A stretch of DNA of 64,000 nucleotides from Peribolospora baueri (Eukaryota), in NCBI GenBank assembly GCA_029717555.1, contig JAMDHS010000040.1, positions 1 to 64,000 of the forward strand, given 5' to 3'. How positions within the stretch are numbered: position 1 is the stretch's first letter; every line of letters starts with the position of its first letter. The notes below the pieces were generated by a model that was not told the origin of the DNA, ran no database searches, and saw nothing but the letters and a program-made list of their open reading frames with translations. A program made the translations under genes and the position numbers. Positions 1 to 13,970 of the stretch are shown here, piece after piece.

Positions 1-31
<31 letters not shown>
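1..31. repeat. poly(A) homopolymer at window edge
   Basis: 31 consecutive A at the start of the window. Confidence 0.9.
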
Positions 32-32
<1 letters not shown>

Positions 33-275
33 GACGGCGACGAGCACCTGCCGCAGCGCACACGTTAACCCTGAAATTCGTCCTCTTTTACGGAGTTGCG
101 CTGAAGTCTGTGCAACCAGCCCCGGCCGAGCCAATACGGACGTCAAGCGGCAGGAAGGTCAAGAAGTCTCGCTTTCAATGACACGGAGCTCTTTCAAGAC
201 AGAACATCACCTCCAAACAACGTCAAATTGCTTTGCAGCCCCCTTGACCGTTACTGCTAGCTAATTTCGCATACT

Positions 276-2510
276 TCAGCAAGGAACGGCAAACGTGCTG
301 AGCTTGGGGAACGGATCCACGTTGCTCAACACGACCGTTTGTTTCTCATGAGATATATAACCCTTCATGTAGCCCTTCAGGAAGAACGACAACAAAATGA
401 AGTCGTCTGATTAGCCTCGCGGGTCCTTAAACCGTTGTTCTTAGAAGCCGATCGTTCAACGCACCTTGTAGATCATATTGGCCAGGTACGCCTCGACTTC
501 GTCCGAATCAACTTCTACGCCTGCAAACGCCAACGCCCGCTGGAACGAAGACACTTTGATACGCGTCGAGCGGTCCAAAGACAGCCACCTTGAAAAGCAA
601 ATGGGACGGACGCCAAACAGATTCCGAGTCAGCTCCCGAAGCCTTCTGGGGCCTCACGAAGAACGCGCTCCTACGCCTTAGCGGGCAGAGAAAGGCTCGT
701 GCAAGGAGCACTCACACTCGTCGGAACAGGCTCCGCATGCAGCCTTCCCTAGCCCTCTCTACGGCCAAAAACGCTCCCATACCAACGAGCGGCTTCTCAG
801 CCCAGTACAGCGCCCTGTCATACTCCCGTACGTTGCCCTCGCGGAAAGCAACGAGGAAGGGTTTGTAGATGTGCGCCAGTCGGGGATATGCTGAAAGAAG
901 GCTGTCCGTTGGGTGCTTGCCGCGCAGGAGCAGGACGGGAAGGAGGTAGGAAAGGATCAGTCTGCTCGGGCGATTACGTTCGGCAGCAAACGTTTACATG
1001 AAAAAGGCAAATAAGCACACTAAACATGTTCTACACATCCATGGCGTATAGGGATCCTCACTCTTGATTTCGTTTAGCTTCTCGGTGACAGTTTTGAAAG
1101 GCGAAGAGAAGATCCTTCTCTGCCTGGTTGAAAGCGAACGTATCAACAAGCCGTCGCATAAACATGTGTCCTCAGACGAATAGAACCTCCTGCTCTCCGC
1201 GGCTCACCGGTTCGTAATCCTCGTTCAGGAAGTTGAGAACACCGACATAATAGCAAAAGGTGACCTGGTCTGAACGCGTATACTGCTCCAGCCCCGGCAT
1301 GTCCCCAACGCTGAGCGCCCGAAGAACGTTCTTGCACAGCGCGATGGACTTCAGCTGACGAGTGCCAAACAAAGGGCGAACAAAGAAGAAATTCGGGAAA
1401 AAAAATCAACTACTGAGAACCTTGGCCAGGGAGAGCGGCAAGATCCGCCTCACCTCAAAGTACATCTTGAACAATATCCCGATGACATGGTAGGTACCCC
1501 ATTTCCGAGACGTTTCCAGAGCTGATCTGCAAGCACGAAAATTGGAGCGCAAAGCGCGGTCAGCAAATGCGACCGCCTCAAATTCTAAGCTTGTGGCAAT
1601 TCTCCAAAGAGCTACGCACCGGTCGGTCATGCATGCTGTGAAAGCCTTTTGAACGATCCGCGAGGCGTCCTCCAGCTTGCCCGCCTTCTGCCCTTGTCGT
1701 GTTAGCTGGTCGTCAGCCTGCCCATCCAATCACAGACCAAAAGGTGAGCGTCTCGGTCCTCGTTAGTAGCTAAATCATGCTGGATGCCTTTCATTGAAAA
1801 TATTTTCTCGTGGTCCCTTCAATTTCGAGGCCGGCGCCCACCTTCAGAGCCAACAAACGGAGGTCTCGGATCAAAGTGTAAAGGATGGGCAGAGACCAGT
1901 CGGTGAGGTTGGAGAAAAGTCGGAGGAAGCCACTGGAAACAATTTACATTGGACGAAGGTCCCGCGATTCCTCACGAGACGGTGAGCATTGCACGTCCGT
2001 TACGGCGGGCAACTTAAGCCCCACTTGCGGATCGGCAACGGGTGCTGACCAGCTCCCCAGCGCCACTAGTCACACTCACTTGACCAGTGTGACCTGTTCC
2101 GAATATGCTGCAACAGCATCTCCATCCATCTCGTTCACCAACGCCTGGAGATGGGTGAGCGTCAGGTCGTCCCAAGGCGATGGGACACGGCCGCGGACCT
2201 CTCGCTGGAGGGCGAGGCGCTGGGCGGACGAGCCATCGGAAGGGGGAAAATAGAGGTAGAACCTTGCTTAGCTCTCCGGGAGACATGGAGCTAACGTCCA
2301 ACAAAGATAATGGAATGGTGGCCGCTCTCCACGATCTGCCTGACCCTATGTCAGACACAAATGACTCCCGCTCACCCTACTGTCCGCGATACTCATCACC
2401 AGATTCCGATCCTTCGGCCCACCCGTTCGCTCGAGCATCTCTGCCACGCCGGTTCCATCCTTTTGCGCGACGTAGGTGGCCAGGCTGCTAAGGAGTTGTG
2501 GTAGGCGCAT
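276..2510 (-). CDS. CSN12: PCI-domain protein (CSN12/PCID2/Thp1 family), multi-exon
   Basis: Spliced exons read MRLPQLLSSLATY..., SRKWGTYHVIGILFKMYFE, QVTFCYYVG and C-terminal EVEAYLANMIYKGYMKGYISHEKQTVVLSNVDPFP, the typical PCID2/CSN12 ending. Stop TGA at 276-278. Confidence 0.88.
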
Positions 2511-2785
2511 TGTTCCTGCGTCTCAATGTCTTTCCGACAGTGGTTGGTGGTCGAGAGCGGGGTGGAAGGAGAAGTGATCGGCGCGAGGCGAGGCGCGTAA
2601 ATTGTGATCGGGTTGTTCGGCGAGCGGCCTTTTGAGCCAGAGGCAGACCAGTAATCCTTCAAACTCAACCGGTGCCTTCCTCACTGAGTGCCAAGATTGT
2701 GACAAGACTACGAAGACCAAGGACACAACAGAATGCAGTTCCACCTCGAGCAAACAAGCACGGTCTGTCGTACACATCATCAGCG

Positions 2786-4888
2786 TCATTCATCCTCCTC
2801 GGCCTCTCCGCTCGTTCGCTTCTTTTTCGTCCTTTTCTCCCCACTTCTGGCAAGGACCTTTTCTCGTGCCTTCGCCTTCTCTTCAGCCACTATTTTAGCT
2901 GTGTCCTTCAGGCTCTCCATTATGTCGTCCCAATCGTCCTGCGTCACAGGCCCAAGCAGAGGCGATCAGAAGCCTTCCAGCGCGGAGTTATGAGGTCCAC
3001 GAGCCAGGGCCCTCACCTCTTTTCGGCCCACCAAAGCGTACAACGCCGCAATTTCTTTAGCCCAGACACCTTTCCCCTCATCAAAATCGCTCGTTGGCGT
3101 CTCCATGATCAAAGGCATATTCACCAAACGAGGGTCGTTCATGATGAACCAGAACGGCTTGAGTCCGCTGTAGAAGCATATCGAAGCAAGATGGCGAAGG
3201 CTTAGTCCCACAGCTTCGTCAGGCGCAGAGGGTTGACGAGAAGGGAATATGAAACGCACAGCTGCCCATGCCCGATATTTTCATGCCGGTCCTTTTGCTC
3301 TCCGAGACCCATCTTGCTATCGTTGAGGTGCATGCCACGCAGATAAGAGAGCCCCACGACGTCGTCCAGGTTGCTCATCGTCGCTCTGTGATATTCAGAT
3401 CGTAGTGGTTAGAGACGAGCCACCCATTTCTCACACCTCCGCAAATGGGATCGGCACACGCACTCGTAAGTTTCCCGCGTCCGGAGGTCATACCCCTGAG
3501 CACGAGAAATACATCAAGTGAGCGACAAGCTCGTCGATGCAGAAGGTCATATCTCAAGAGATCCCCCTCCACATACCGACGCAAAAGCATGACACGTATC
3601 GATGCAAATGCCGACCCTGCTCTTGTCATGTACGGCAGCTATGATGTCTCTTAAATCTTCGAAGGAAGCACCAATGATGCTCCCTTTGGGGTTGCCGGCC
3701 ATGTTCTCGAGCACGGTCACAACGTGATGGACCTCATCGTGGGCGTCGTTGAGCGCCTGAGCTATGAGAGCCATCGACTCCGCTTTGCTGCCCGAACCGA
3801 CGGAGGAGCCTGGGTGGAAATTGAATAGACCGATGCCGAGAGCTTCGCAGCGCTGGAGCATGAATAGCAACGTATGAGCCACACGCCGGCACTCCACTGC
3901 ATTGGTGAAGGAATTCGCGCTCTCACACACCTTCAGATCGTCAATGAAGCACTCGTAACTCTTCGCTCGCTTCGCCGGATCTGGGTTGCCAAGGTTCACC
4001 TGGCGAAACAACCCCGGTGAGCGGTCGCTGTGAGTGATTTCACACGGCCTTCCAAGACGGACGGCTTACCAAATAGGAGCCATGCGGAAGGACGTGCTTG
4101 TAGTCATGTTGCAACCGAGCTTTAGCAAACGTAGGGATGGAATACTCTGTAAGGTCGGGAGAGGACCCTTCGGATCACGAGTTCAATTGGATTGCGCATG
4201 CATGATCAACATGTCAGTTCGGGTGACACACGCAGCGGCTGAGGAAAATACTCACATTTCCGCTGCGACTTGAGGAAAAGAGCGAAGGCATTCGCTCCGA
4301 TCTTTCGAGCATTGGGAATGGCGTTTTCGACTCCTCCGGCCGCGGAAACATGAACGCCTACAAAGTGGCTTCGCCCACGGCGACGGTGCCGAGAGAGGAG
4401 CCGGGAGGAAGGAGGGTCAATTGGAATGTTCCCGTTCGTGTAATGGATGCTCTTCCAAATTGCTCTCCGACCGGTCAAATGAACGTAGTCGTGCGAATGC
4501 CGGGCAGGTCCACTCACGTACATCCCTGTACTCTCGGCGGCAAGGTCGCGTCGTCGAGCACGTCTGTTGCCTTGCCCTTGCCCTTCCCGGTTCCCTTCCG
4601 CCTTCTTCGCTTCCGAGGCACAACGTCAGCTTCGTCCTCCAACTCGGGACTAAGCTCACTCAGACTGGAGCTGCTCGCTCTGTATGGACGGCCATTCTCG
4701 CCAACAGCAGCAGCCGTCACACCGCCGTTCGTGCCCGGCGCGGCGGTGGCTGCTGTCTGCGCGACTCGAGAGCGTTTCGGTCGGGGTGTCTGCGCGATAG
4801 CCTCCGCGGATGTGGATTGGCTTGCGACATTGATGGAAGTGGAGATGGCAGAGGCCGCTAAACGGGCAGACTTTCGTATAGAACCCAT
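2786..4888 (-). CDS. APN1: AP endonuclease, endonuclease IV family
   Basis: Motifs [68 protein letters not shown]. Basic N-terminal extension (PRKRRRRKG). Confidence 0.93.
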
Positions 4889-5156
4889 CGTGCTGGACCG
4901 AACAGACAGGGCAGGTTGGGAGGAGTTCCGCAAACCCTCCTTACCCGGACCTTCGAGAGCTGCGGCTGGATTACGTGACCCTCCCGCGTTCCACAGCTAT
5001 ACCAAAGGACAGCGCAAAAGTAGGACACCCACTCGAAGACCTGGATTGAGCTTGTGCATTTTAGGTATGCACATTGAGATATTCACCATTCATCTGAAGA
5101 GCAAGCTAAGACGTCTTCGAAAACGTGAACGCCAAATTTTTGTCTGATTCCCCTCT

Positions 5157-7343
5157 CTATCTTTTCTGCCTCCTGCTGGCAGCTCTCTTGTCCCTAGCTC
5201 CCTTCCCCTCACCGCGTCTCTGCACTTCCTCCTCGATCCCCTCCATCCCGTCACTGCTCCGCCCATCCCCGTCGTCGTACTCGCCGTGTCCAGCCTTAGA
5301 CATCACAGATGCCGCCGGTCCGCCGAATTTGCGCCGACATGCCTCAGAGCCGAGCTCGAGATACTCGGCTCGAGTGACCAATCGAGAGCGGAAGAGGTCT
5401 CGCAGGCCGGCAGTCGTGGACAGCGAAGCTCCGCCAAGTGCGGGGAGAGAGATTGGGCTGTGCGAAGACGGACGGCGGCTCAGTGGACGACCTTCCCTTC
5501 TGGACCTCATCGTGCAAAGACTTACTCATCTGAGACGTAGATGTGAAGGGGAAGGCCGCTTGGAGCCAAGGGCCGCAGCTCTTGCTCTCTGAAAGGACAA
5601 AGAGATATCAGCGCGGCTTCGGTGATGTCCCTCCACTGCGAAAGCCGAGCGCCATCAGAGTGACACTCACAATCGGTCCTTGAATCCAGTAAAAAGAGAG
5701 TTGCCGCCGATAAGAACAACGTTGTTCCAGAACAACCCGCGAATCTCCTCTGGAAGACAGGATATGGAACGGGCAATCGCCTCGGGCAACCCCGCTTGTT
5801 CAAGTCCTAAATTCGGACGGAAATATAGCCTTCTAGGTGAGGCGATGAACGTGGCGTGAGAATCCACTAGGGATTGGGGGCCCACCTATGTCGCTCGGTC
5901 TGAAGAGCAGCTCCGGGATACTAAAACGCTCATTGTCCATGCATAGCACCTGGTCGTCCGCCTCGTTGTGATCAGGAGGAGGCCTGACTGCGGAGATGGC
6001 CGACGTCGAGGATGCAGGTGGCCCTCGCCGAACGTATCCTGTTCGATTGGACGGTGAAAAATCGGGAAGGACGTATTCCTGAACTATCGCATTGCGCTTC
6101 GGGCTTGCTCTGAGATGAAGAGAAAACCAGGTCGTTCAGCTGAGTCCAATAGCGAATAACGGGGCCATACCGCACCCACTTGCAAGTCTCGAGGTCCCGA
6201 GCAAAGTCTGAGCTAACATAGCAGCAAGCTTCCTTAACGTGGTTGATCACATGGTTCTGGTCCATCATGTTCCACTGTCGGAAAGACACAACCTCCTTGA
6301 GGTAGTTCGTCAGGAGCTTGCCGCCGACGTCGATTCTGACGTCGATCGGAAAGACAGGTATTGATTAGCTTTTCGTTCCAGCGTTCAATTAGAGCACGAA
6401 CGGCCGCCCACCGTTTGACGCCTTCCCATACCACAGCATCCTTGATGATAGGTACGACGTGGGTGTAGCTGAACCCAGAGTCGACGACCAGCATGCACTC
6501 CGGTCTCCTAGCCACACGTTGAGCGTTAGAAAGACTGGGTTCGAACACCGGCGAGAAAGGGATCAAGGAGGCCGCTGTTTAACAGACGAAGATCAGAGAC
6601 CAGAAGAAGCATTGTCAGATGTCACGAAAACAAACCGTTGTGACTTCTGTGTCGCGGCTGCTCACGAGTACACCGGTAATAGCTTTGGAACTCGTATTCC
6701 TCAAAAACCATCTGATCATATCCTTCCTGCAGATTCGGTAGGTTGAAGTACGGCTCGGTAATGACCAGGGAGGTTGAGGAAGGGTCGACCTGAGCTGGAG
6801 CAAACGCCAATCTCGATTGGACGGTGAGGAAATATAGGCCATCCACTGGAATTGCCTCTCGCGTTCGCTCACATTTAAGACAGGCTTTGAGAAGACCCGA
6901 TCCCAGATCACCTTCTGGGCTTCCCAGCTCGTGAGCATTCCCTGCACACGAGACAGATGTAAGCAATGAAGAGCGGCGCTTTAGAGGAGTCTTCGCGGAC
7001 TTTCCGGGGCCTCTGTCTTGGGTGGTCTACGGAAGAGAGAACGCTCACCCGCTCGAAAGGTATTCGATAGTACAACCCGGAGAAATCGCGACAAGAGGCG
7101 AACTCATCGGCAACATACGTCTTGCGGTCGCCTTTGGAGCGTATGATGGCATTGCTGATCCTCCTAGGCAACAGCAAAGCAGACGTGGGCTGGTCAGGCC
7201 GTTGGTCCAAACAAATGTAGCCCATGTTTCTCGGGCGCACGCTGGCCTCTCAAAGCGCGAGCTCACCTCGGCGAGCTGCCGCTGCCTGGGCCGATGGCTT
7301 TAATAGAGGACGCGCCATTGTCCAGGACGACCGTGTTCATCAT
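5157..7343 (-). CDS. ARP6: actin-related protein 6 (SWR1 complex)
   Basis: Exons [79 protein letters not shown]. Confidence 0.92.
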
Positions 7344-7560
7344 GACATGGGCACAGCAGGCTCGTGAAGGCACAAGCGGCGAGTCGGTTCGGAGGTGGTG
7401 GGCGACGAGAAGCTCGCCGTCGATCTTCGCCCGATCACTTTATCCACACGGCCTCTCCGCAGCTGCATTCTTACGTCTCGAATGATGAAGACCGAAGACT
7501 GAAAAGCTCGACTGGCCCTCACACCAGACAACTTTATTTCCACGATGGCGACGACAGTAT

Positions 7561-8510
7561 TTACAGGCCTTCCATAGCAGTCGCCTCTTGGAATGCCTTG
7601 GCCGCTGCGATGGCGTTTGCCAGCGGCGCACCGTCAGCCGCGCGCAGGGGGAGCTCGGCCAAGCACAGCGTCGTCGCGGTGGGCGTGACGAGGAACCGGG
7701 CCTGGAAGAGCGACGATGATTCGAGCAAAGGGGATGGTGGTCAGGCGTCATGGGCGAGCCAAGCGGCGCTCACACCGCCGCTGCGCCCGCCTGTCCCTTG
7801 TTTCTTCTCACCTCGCCTTTTCTGTTCCTCAGCGCCACACAGTCGTAGTCGCTGACCTTCTTATCTACTCTCATGTTCTTGTGGCCGGCGATCGTGTACA
7901 GTCGGTCCCATGCCGGGTTCGGCTCGGCGAGGTCTGCGCGAGCTCGAGTGAAGAGGTCCATGAGATCCATGATCTCCTCCGGTCGGGCATCCTTGTGAAG
8001 TGTCATGGGAAGGACGTCATTGACGCTGACGCCGTCCTCTTTATCGAACAGGGCCGCCGTGGAGAATAGGGAAGGCTTGTTCAAGAGACGTTGGAGAACG
8101 AGACCTGAGAAGAGAGAGAGCAACAGGCGACCAACCGGTGCCGTGACCATCAGCCAGAATGTGCGGAGTCTTATAGCTCTGCTGCAGCACAGGCGGCCAA
8201 ACGAACCGTCAAAATCAAATTCTTCACTGATCGTCCCTTCTCTCGTTTCCGTCGACGGCACTTCAGGCGGCTTCGGTACTCCCATGTTGACGTTCGACCT
8301 GTTTATCGTACGGCAGAGCGAGAGCGCACGGACGGAAGTAGAGGACCAGAAAGTCACCCAACGCTCGCCTTTAGGAGCGTTTGTAAGGACGAGGTCCTGG
8401 CGGCACGAGCTCGCGCCGAAAAGGAAGGTCCTCTGTCCCACTTGACAAATCCACTTGCGCGCGTGCCTGGGTACATGCACATCTTGAATACGGGGACGTA
8501 CGTTCGCATG
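7561..8510 (-). CDS. hypothetical spliced protein; 5' end uncertain
   Basis: Coding-like exon LFDKEDGVSVNDVLPMTLHKDARPEEIMDLMDLF...RVDKK joined by a GT..AG intron to ARFLVTPTATTLCLAELPL...MEGL* (TAA at 7561). No family recognised. Confidence 0.4.
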
Positions 8511-8950
8511 CCTAATTGCATTCAAGCCCTCAGTTAGTTGCCGTCGTATATCTGCTGGGATGTGGACGACGCATGCATTCGATGATGATGAAAAGTTGGA
8601 ACGCAAGGTGCGCCCATCCCGTCACCACCCGGAGCTGTGATCGCGGAAGTCCCAGTGTACGCAAAGTAGGATGAAGACGGTACGGGAGGAGCTGGCGGCT
8701 ATCAGCTCCCCAGTGATTCGTACATTCGCTTCTTTCTAGGGCACTCGAGTATCATCCATCGCATGCGAGTATCGGCCATCATCAGGCTCGCGGACCATGT
8801 GATCGGACCCCACACGGAGGGCACCGACGAGTAGCACCGACGGCGCAGCGAATGCTGTGCTCGCCATAAATACCGGTCGTTGTTGCTGGGGACGGGCGTC
8901 CGGTGGGTCCCCCAAAGACATTGTCGGGCAAAGACGACCAGAGCGGCACT

Positions 8951-11900
8951 ATGAGCGAGTCTCACTCCGACGAAAAGCCCGCTGCGGACAGGACCGATTC
9001 CCTGGTCACGACGACGACCACCACCACCACGTCCACCATCGGTCTTGACCAGCTCTCCGAGAGCGTCGAGCGCGCCCTCCGTTTCCACGACCATGGGTCC
9101 TTCCCCTCTGCCTCCGGCCACGTCCCGGCGCCGGAGGCCAAGACGTCCACGACCTCCAAGGCTGTTTCCCCTCAAAGGCCAGATTTTTCTTCCCGCCCTT
9201 CCATCTTGACGCTAGGGTCGGTGCGCGCCGGCCTTTTTGCGGCGCTCGGGCGAGGCAAGGTGTCTGCCGACGGCGCTCTAGCCGAAGGCGGCGAAGTATT
9301 GATAGACGGGAACGGCGACGTTGTCTTGACCCTTGCCGCGGGTCCAGCGACACTCCTGGTCACTGACGATCTCAACCGAGCCATCAACGTGAGTCTGCCA
9401 TCTGACGTGGGTCGAGCGCGTCGTATGTGCATGCACGAAACTGGACGAGAACGCGGATGCTCATCTTCCCGCCCGTCCTCAGGATTGTCGGCGAAAGGTT
9501 GGCAAGATCGCTGCTGCCCATAGGGCGCAGAATAGGCGATTCAGAGACTCGGGGTTCGACATCGCTAGTGAAGACCCTAATACCGTCTCGGAATGCCTTC
9601 AGGCTCTCTACGTCGATCCGAAGCCCAACGACGACGGATTTCAACCCGGAGACGTCGCCAGAGTCTCCAAGGTAAGTGGTAATGCTAAGTAGGTTGCCCG
9701 ATCGGCGATCGAGCCATTGGCTCAACCTGCCCGTTCCAAAACTCGCGATTGTAGATCTTTTCCAAGCCGAGCTTCTTTGTCGACGGCGCCCGCTCGGAGG
9801 ACATTATGCAGGGCCAGGTGGGCGACTGCTGGTTCGTCTCAGCTCTCGCCACCGTGTCGTCTTTCCCTGACCTCATCGAGCGCATTTGCGTGGCGAGGGA
9901 CGAGGAGATTGGGGTGTACGGGTTCATGTGAGTCCGCAGATGAGCGCAGAGGCATCTGCAGGTTACGAAGGAGGCGGCAACTCGCCCATCACTCATTGTG
10001 CTGATTGGATGTATCCCTCCCTTCGGCCAGATTCTTCCGCGACGGTCGGTGGGAGACGACGATTATAGACGATTATCTGTTCTTGGCGTCAAAACAATGG
10101 AACAAGGTCGACCGAGGTGAGCTCCTTTTCGGACTTGTTTGGAGTGAGGAGTAGGAGTTCCTTTTTTCTCAGTCAATTCTTTGCACGTCTCGTAACCAGC
10201 ATACCAGCGAAGCAATTCGAGTTCCGAGATGACCGCAAGCTGTACGAGAAAGTCCGTCTGCGTGGCTCTCGGGCCCTCTACTTTGCCCACTCCTCCGATG
10301 AGAATGAGACGTACGTACGCTCATCAGTAGGCGCCGTTCTACAATCTCTTTTTTTTTTTTGCTGACGTTTGCATTCATCTATTCCTGCTCTTTTATGTCC
10401 AGATGGGTTGCTCTTTTGGAAAAGGCCTACGCCAAAGCTCATGGAGACTACCAATCCATTAGCGGCGGATGGACAGGCGAGGCCTTGGAGGATTTGACAG
10501 GAGGGACCTCGACTCGCATGCAGGTCGCTGACATCCTCGACACCAACAACCTCTGGGCCGAGTTCTTGCGCATCGGCGTGGACCTGCTGTTCGCCTGCTA
10601 TGCATCTAGCGTCGGCTCGAGCGGGCTCATTTCCGACCACGCATATACCATCGTGCGCGCTCTGGAGGTCGACGGCCAGCGTTTTATCAAGATCCAGAAC
10701 CCTTGGGGCCGCGACGGAGAATGGAAAGGTGCGGGCGCATCCAGTTGCGCTTTGTCGCTACAACTTGACGTACTATCAGCCATGGCTTTCTAACGCTTTC
10801 AACTTTTTTGTTCGCCGGCTTTAGGGCCATGGTCGGACGGATCAAAGGAATGGACGCCAGAGTGGATGGAGAAGCTGAGACACCGTTTCGGTAACGACGG
10901 CATCTTCATGATGACTTACGAAGACTTTCTCGACACCTGGGACGAGATAGATCGGACGCGTCTATATGATTATACGTGGTCCCTCGCTTCCTGCACACTC
11001 ACCGTCAAGTCGCAGGCGGCTCCCAGGCCGCCCATGTTTGGCGACGTTTCGTTCACCTTTAAACTGGAAAAGCCGAGCCCAACCGTCTTTGTGCTTTCGA
11101 CGATTGATTCAAGGTATTTCGTCGGCTTGGAAGGCGAGACGGTTTCAGCACTTGAGTTTGTCGTCTACAAGAAAGGCGAAAGTGAACTCTTGGCCCGTTC
11201 GGTCAAGACGATGTTTGGTCAGCGCGGGGTCAACGTGGAGTTGAATCTCGAGCCTGGGGAGTACGTCGTGCATGTACGGTGAGTCCGCCCTGCCTAAGCG
11301 GCTTTTGCGCATGCCACGGCCCCATGAGCGGGCCGTCACGTCCCGAGGGAGAACATCTCTCCGCTCACGCTTTTGTCACTCTCATCTCTTGACATTAATT
11401 GGCATGGAAGGCGAGACATCCGCCAAACGCGCGCCGAGGACTACCTCCAGGAGACCATCAATCGCACCAGCAAGTGGGGCAAGTTCTGTGAGTTGCGGTA
11501 GTCGAGCTAAAACACCATTCCAGACCGGCGAATGAAGGTGGCTCAACCTCGTCTCCACTCTGCGACCTCTTCCCTCGCGTCGTCTCCTGCAGCTGCAGCG
11601 ATGGCTCGCGCTTTCCAGAGCGAATCCAAGGCGGCCAATTTCGCTCTCGAGAAATCCGGTTTTGACTTAAAGAAGCTTGCTCCCGAGCCAGCTCTTTACC
11701 GAGGCCGGTCGCTGGCTGAGGTGAAGGAGCACGTCAGTCGGCTGGAGGAGGCTCGAAAGCAAGTCGAGGAGACAAAGACGGAGAACATTGCCGACAAAGA
11801 GGACGGACAAGAGGCGAAGGCGACGGGTGAGCCGGAGTCACAGAAGGCCACGGTCGACAAGGCCGCGGAGCGGGAAAAGGCGTCCGTAGAAGACCGGGCG

Positions 11901-12436
11901 GAGTCGAAAAAGGCACAAGACTCGGCGGAGACAGATGATTCAAAGAAGGCGAAGGACTCGGCCGACGCCAAAGACGGAGACCAGTCAGAATCGGCGGTCG
12001 AGAAGAGCGACAAACCTTCTCAAGCGACTGCAAGTTCGGATGGTGCGAATCAAGCTCGGAGGACGACCGATGCTCAAATGGACGGCTCTGAGAAGGATGG
12101 CGCGCCTAAGGTGAACGCAGGGGAGGAGAAAGACGGCGACGCCGGCTCTGCCTTGCCCTTGCCGGTGCCGGTGCCCGTACCTAAGCCGAACCCCCAGGAG
12201 GAGAAAGGCGGAAACGCCAACGGAAAGGAAGGAAAGGACGACGACAGCGGCGACGAGGAGGTGAGTAGAGGAAGTGTGGGCTTTCTAACAAAGAGAGTTC
12301 CCGCAACCTGACCTCTGTCGGCGCGGCACCTCGGCCCCTTTTCTTCTGCATTCAGAAACTGGACGAGATCATCCTGAGCTTGCGCGTCTACTCCCAAGAC
12401 CCGAATAGTAAAGTCACTGGCGAGACAAAGCGCTGA
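8951..12436 (+). CDS. calpain-like cysteine protease (peptidase C2), multi-exon
   Basis: Catalytic motifs DIMQGQVGDCWFVSAL, SDHAYTI and KIQNPWG. Also WVALLEKAYAKAHGDY, WSDGSKEW and a charged low-complexity C-terminal region. Confidence 0.9.
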
Positions 12437-12867
12437 TCTGTTGGGAGCAAGAGAAGGGGCGGGCTTTAGATCATATCGTCATCCTCTTGACCACCGGAAA
12501 CCTTGGCCATGCTGGGTTTCCCGTCGTCGCCATGCCACAGGTTTCTTCGGGCCGGCCTCAGCTTGCCGACGTGTTTGTATGCCACCACGTAATAAAATCG
12601 TCACATGCAGGATCCTCTCGGAGGTCGAAAGTGAGATAGATGATTGACTTGGTAGTCTATGTGGGCTTGAACCGGTGTGTACGCACATCATCACCCGCCA
12701 CCCGCACGCGCGGAGTCTGAGATGGTCCGATCGAGGCGGCCCGATGAGACGTACATAAGTGGCCTCTTCCGTCGTACCTCGTCCATCGCCGTCTATCGTC
12801 ACGCTTATCGGGAACATAGCGAGCGGACTCGACTCTCACCGCGCACTTCGCTTTCACATTCCCAACG

Positions 12868-13820
12868 ATGTCGTCCTCGCCTCTGCGCATCTTCCTCATC
12901 GGCGGGCACGGAAAGGTCGCCCTCCACTTCTCCCGCCACGCCGTCTCGGCGCCGCACAACCACACCGTCTTCTCCTTCATCCGTGCCAAAGAGCAGATCC
13001 CGGACCTGCCCCAGTCAGACAACCTGCGTCCCGTCGTCGCCTCCATCGAGCATTCGTCGGTGGACGACTTTGTCAAGCTCTTCAAGGATGCGGACCCCAA
13101 CGTCATTGTCTGGAGCGCCGGTGCGGGAGGCAAGGGCGGGCCGGAGAGGACGAAGGCGGTGGACGAAGAAGGAGCGATCAAGGTGTTCGACGCCATCGAG
13201 AAAGCCAAGCTCCCCGGGCTGAAAAAGTTTGTCATGGGTGAGCAGGCATTTCAGGATTACAGCGCCAGATGGAGTATACGCTCACGACGGCCTCGCGCCG
13301 ATACACAGTTTCGGCCATCGACGTCAGAGATCGCAGCAAGCCGCCGCCGGCACACTACACGGAGGAGGAGTAAGTCGGTCCAAGAGGAAGCGCACGCAAG
13401 CCGGGCAGATTTTGCTCTTCTCTCCTTTCTGCATGTTTCGCTACTGACACCTCGACTTCGTCCACACACTTGCGTCTCGTCCTTAGCCTCGCCGTCTCTG
13501 AACGCATGTACAAGGCCATCCCCGTGTACATGGACGCCAAGCTGGCCGCCGATCGCGATCTCTCCAAACGGAAAACCTTCCCCTGGATGATCCTACGGCC
13601 GGGTGGACTAGCGGACGAGCCGTCGACGGGCAAGGTGGAGCTGGGGCGGACGACGTTGACGCGCACCATCCCTCGCGAGGACGTTGCGCTCACGTTGCTC
13701 GAGATCATCGAGCAGGACGCTGGCACGGGCTTAGCGTGGGACCTCGTCAGGGGCGACAAACCCATCTCCCAGGCTGTGAAGGACGCGGCGCAAAAGGGCG
13801 AGACGAACTTTGTCGTCTGA
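12868..13820 (+). CDS. NAD(P)-binding Rossmann protein (atypical SDR, YMR090W-like)
   Basis: IFLIGGHGKVAL, IVWSAGAGGKGGPERTKAVD, YMDAKLAAD, ILRPGGLADEP, IPREDVA. Two introns. Confidence 0.88.
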
Positions 13821-13970
13821 AGTTTTTCAAGCGCCCTCGTTGCCCTCGTCGTCGAGGAAGGAATGGAAAGCGGGACTTTGGGATCACGAGGAGAGGACAT
13901 GTACATACATTCACGCAGCACAGGTTTTCCGATTCGATGTCCATTCGCCAAGCGAGCTGGGCGTTGGGTG

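Noticed and set aside
1..31. Poly(A) as a retroelement tail
   Set aside because: Truncated by the window edge, and similar A/T runs occur in introns here.
7482..7502. C-box ATGATGA followed by CTGA
   Set aside because: Spacing of about 20 nt is too short for a C/D snoRNA.
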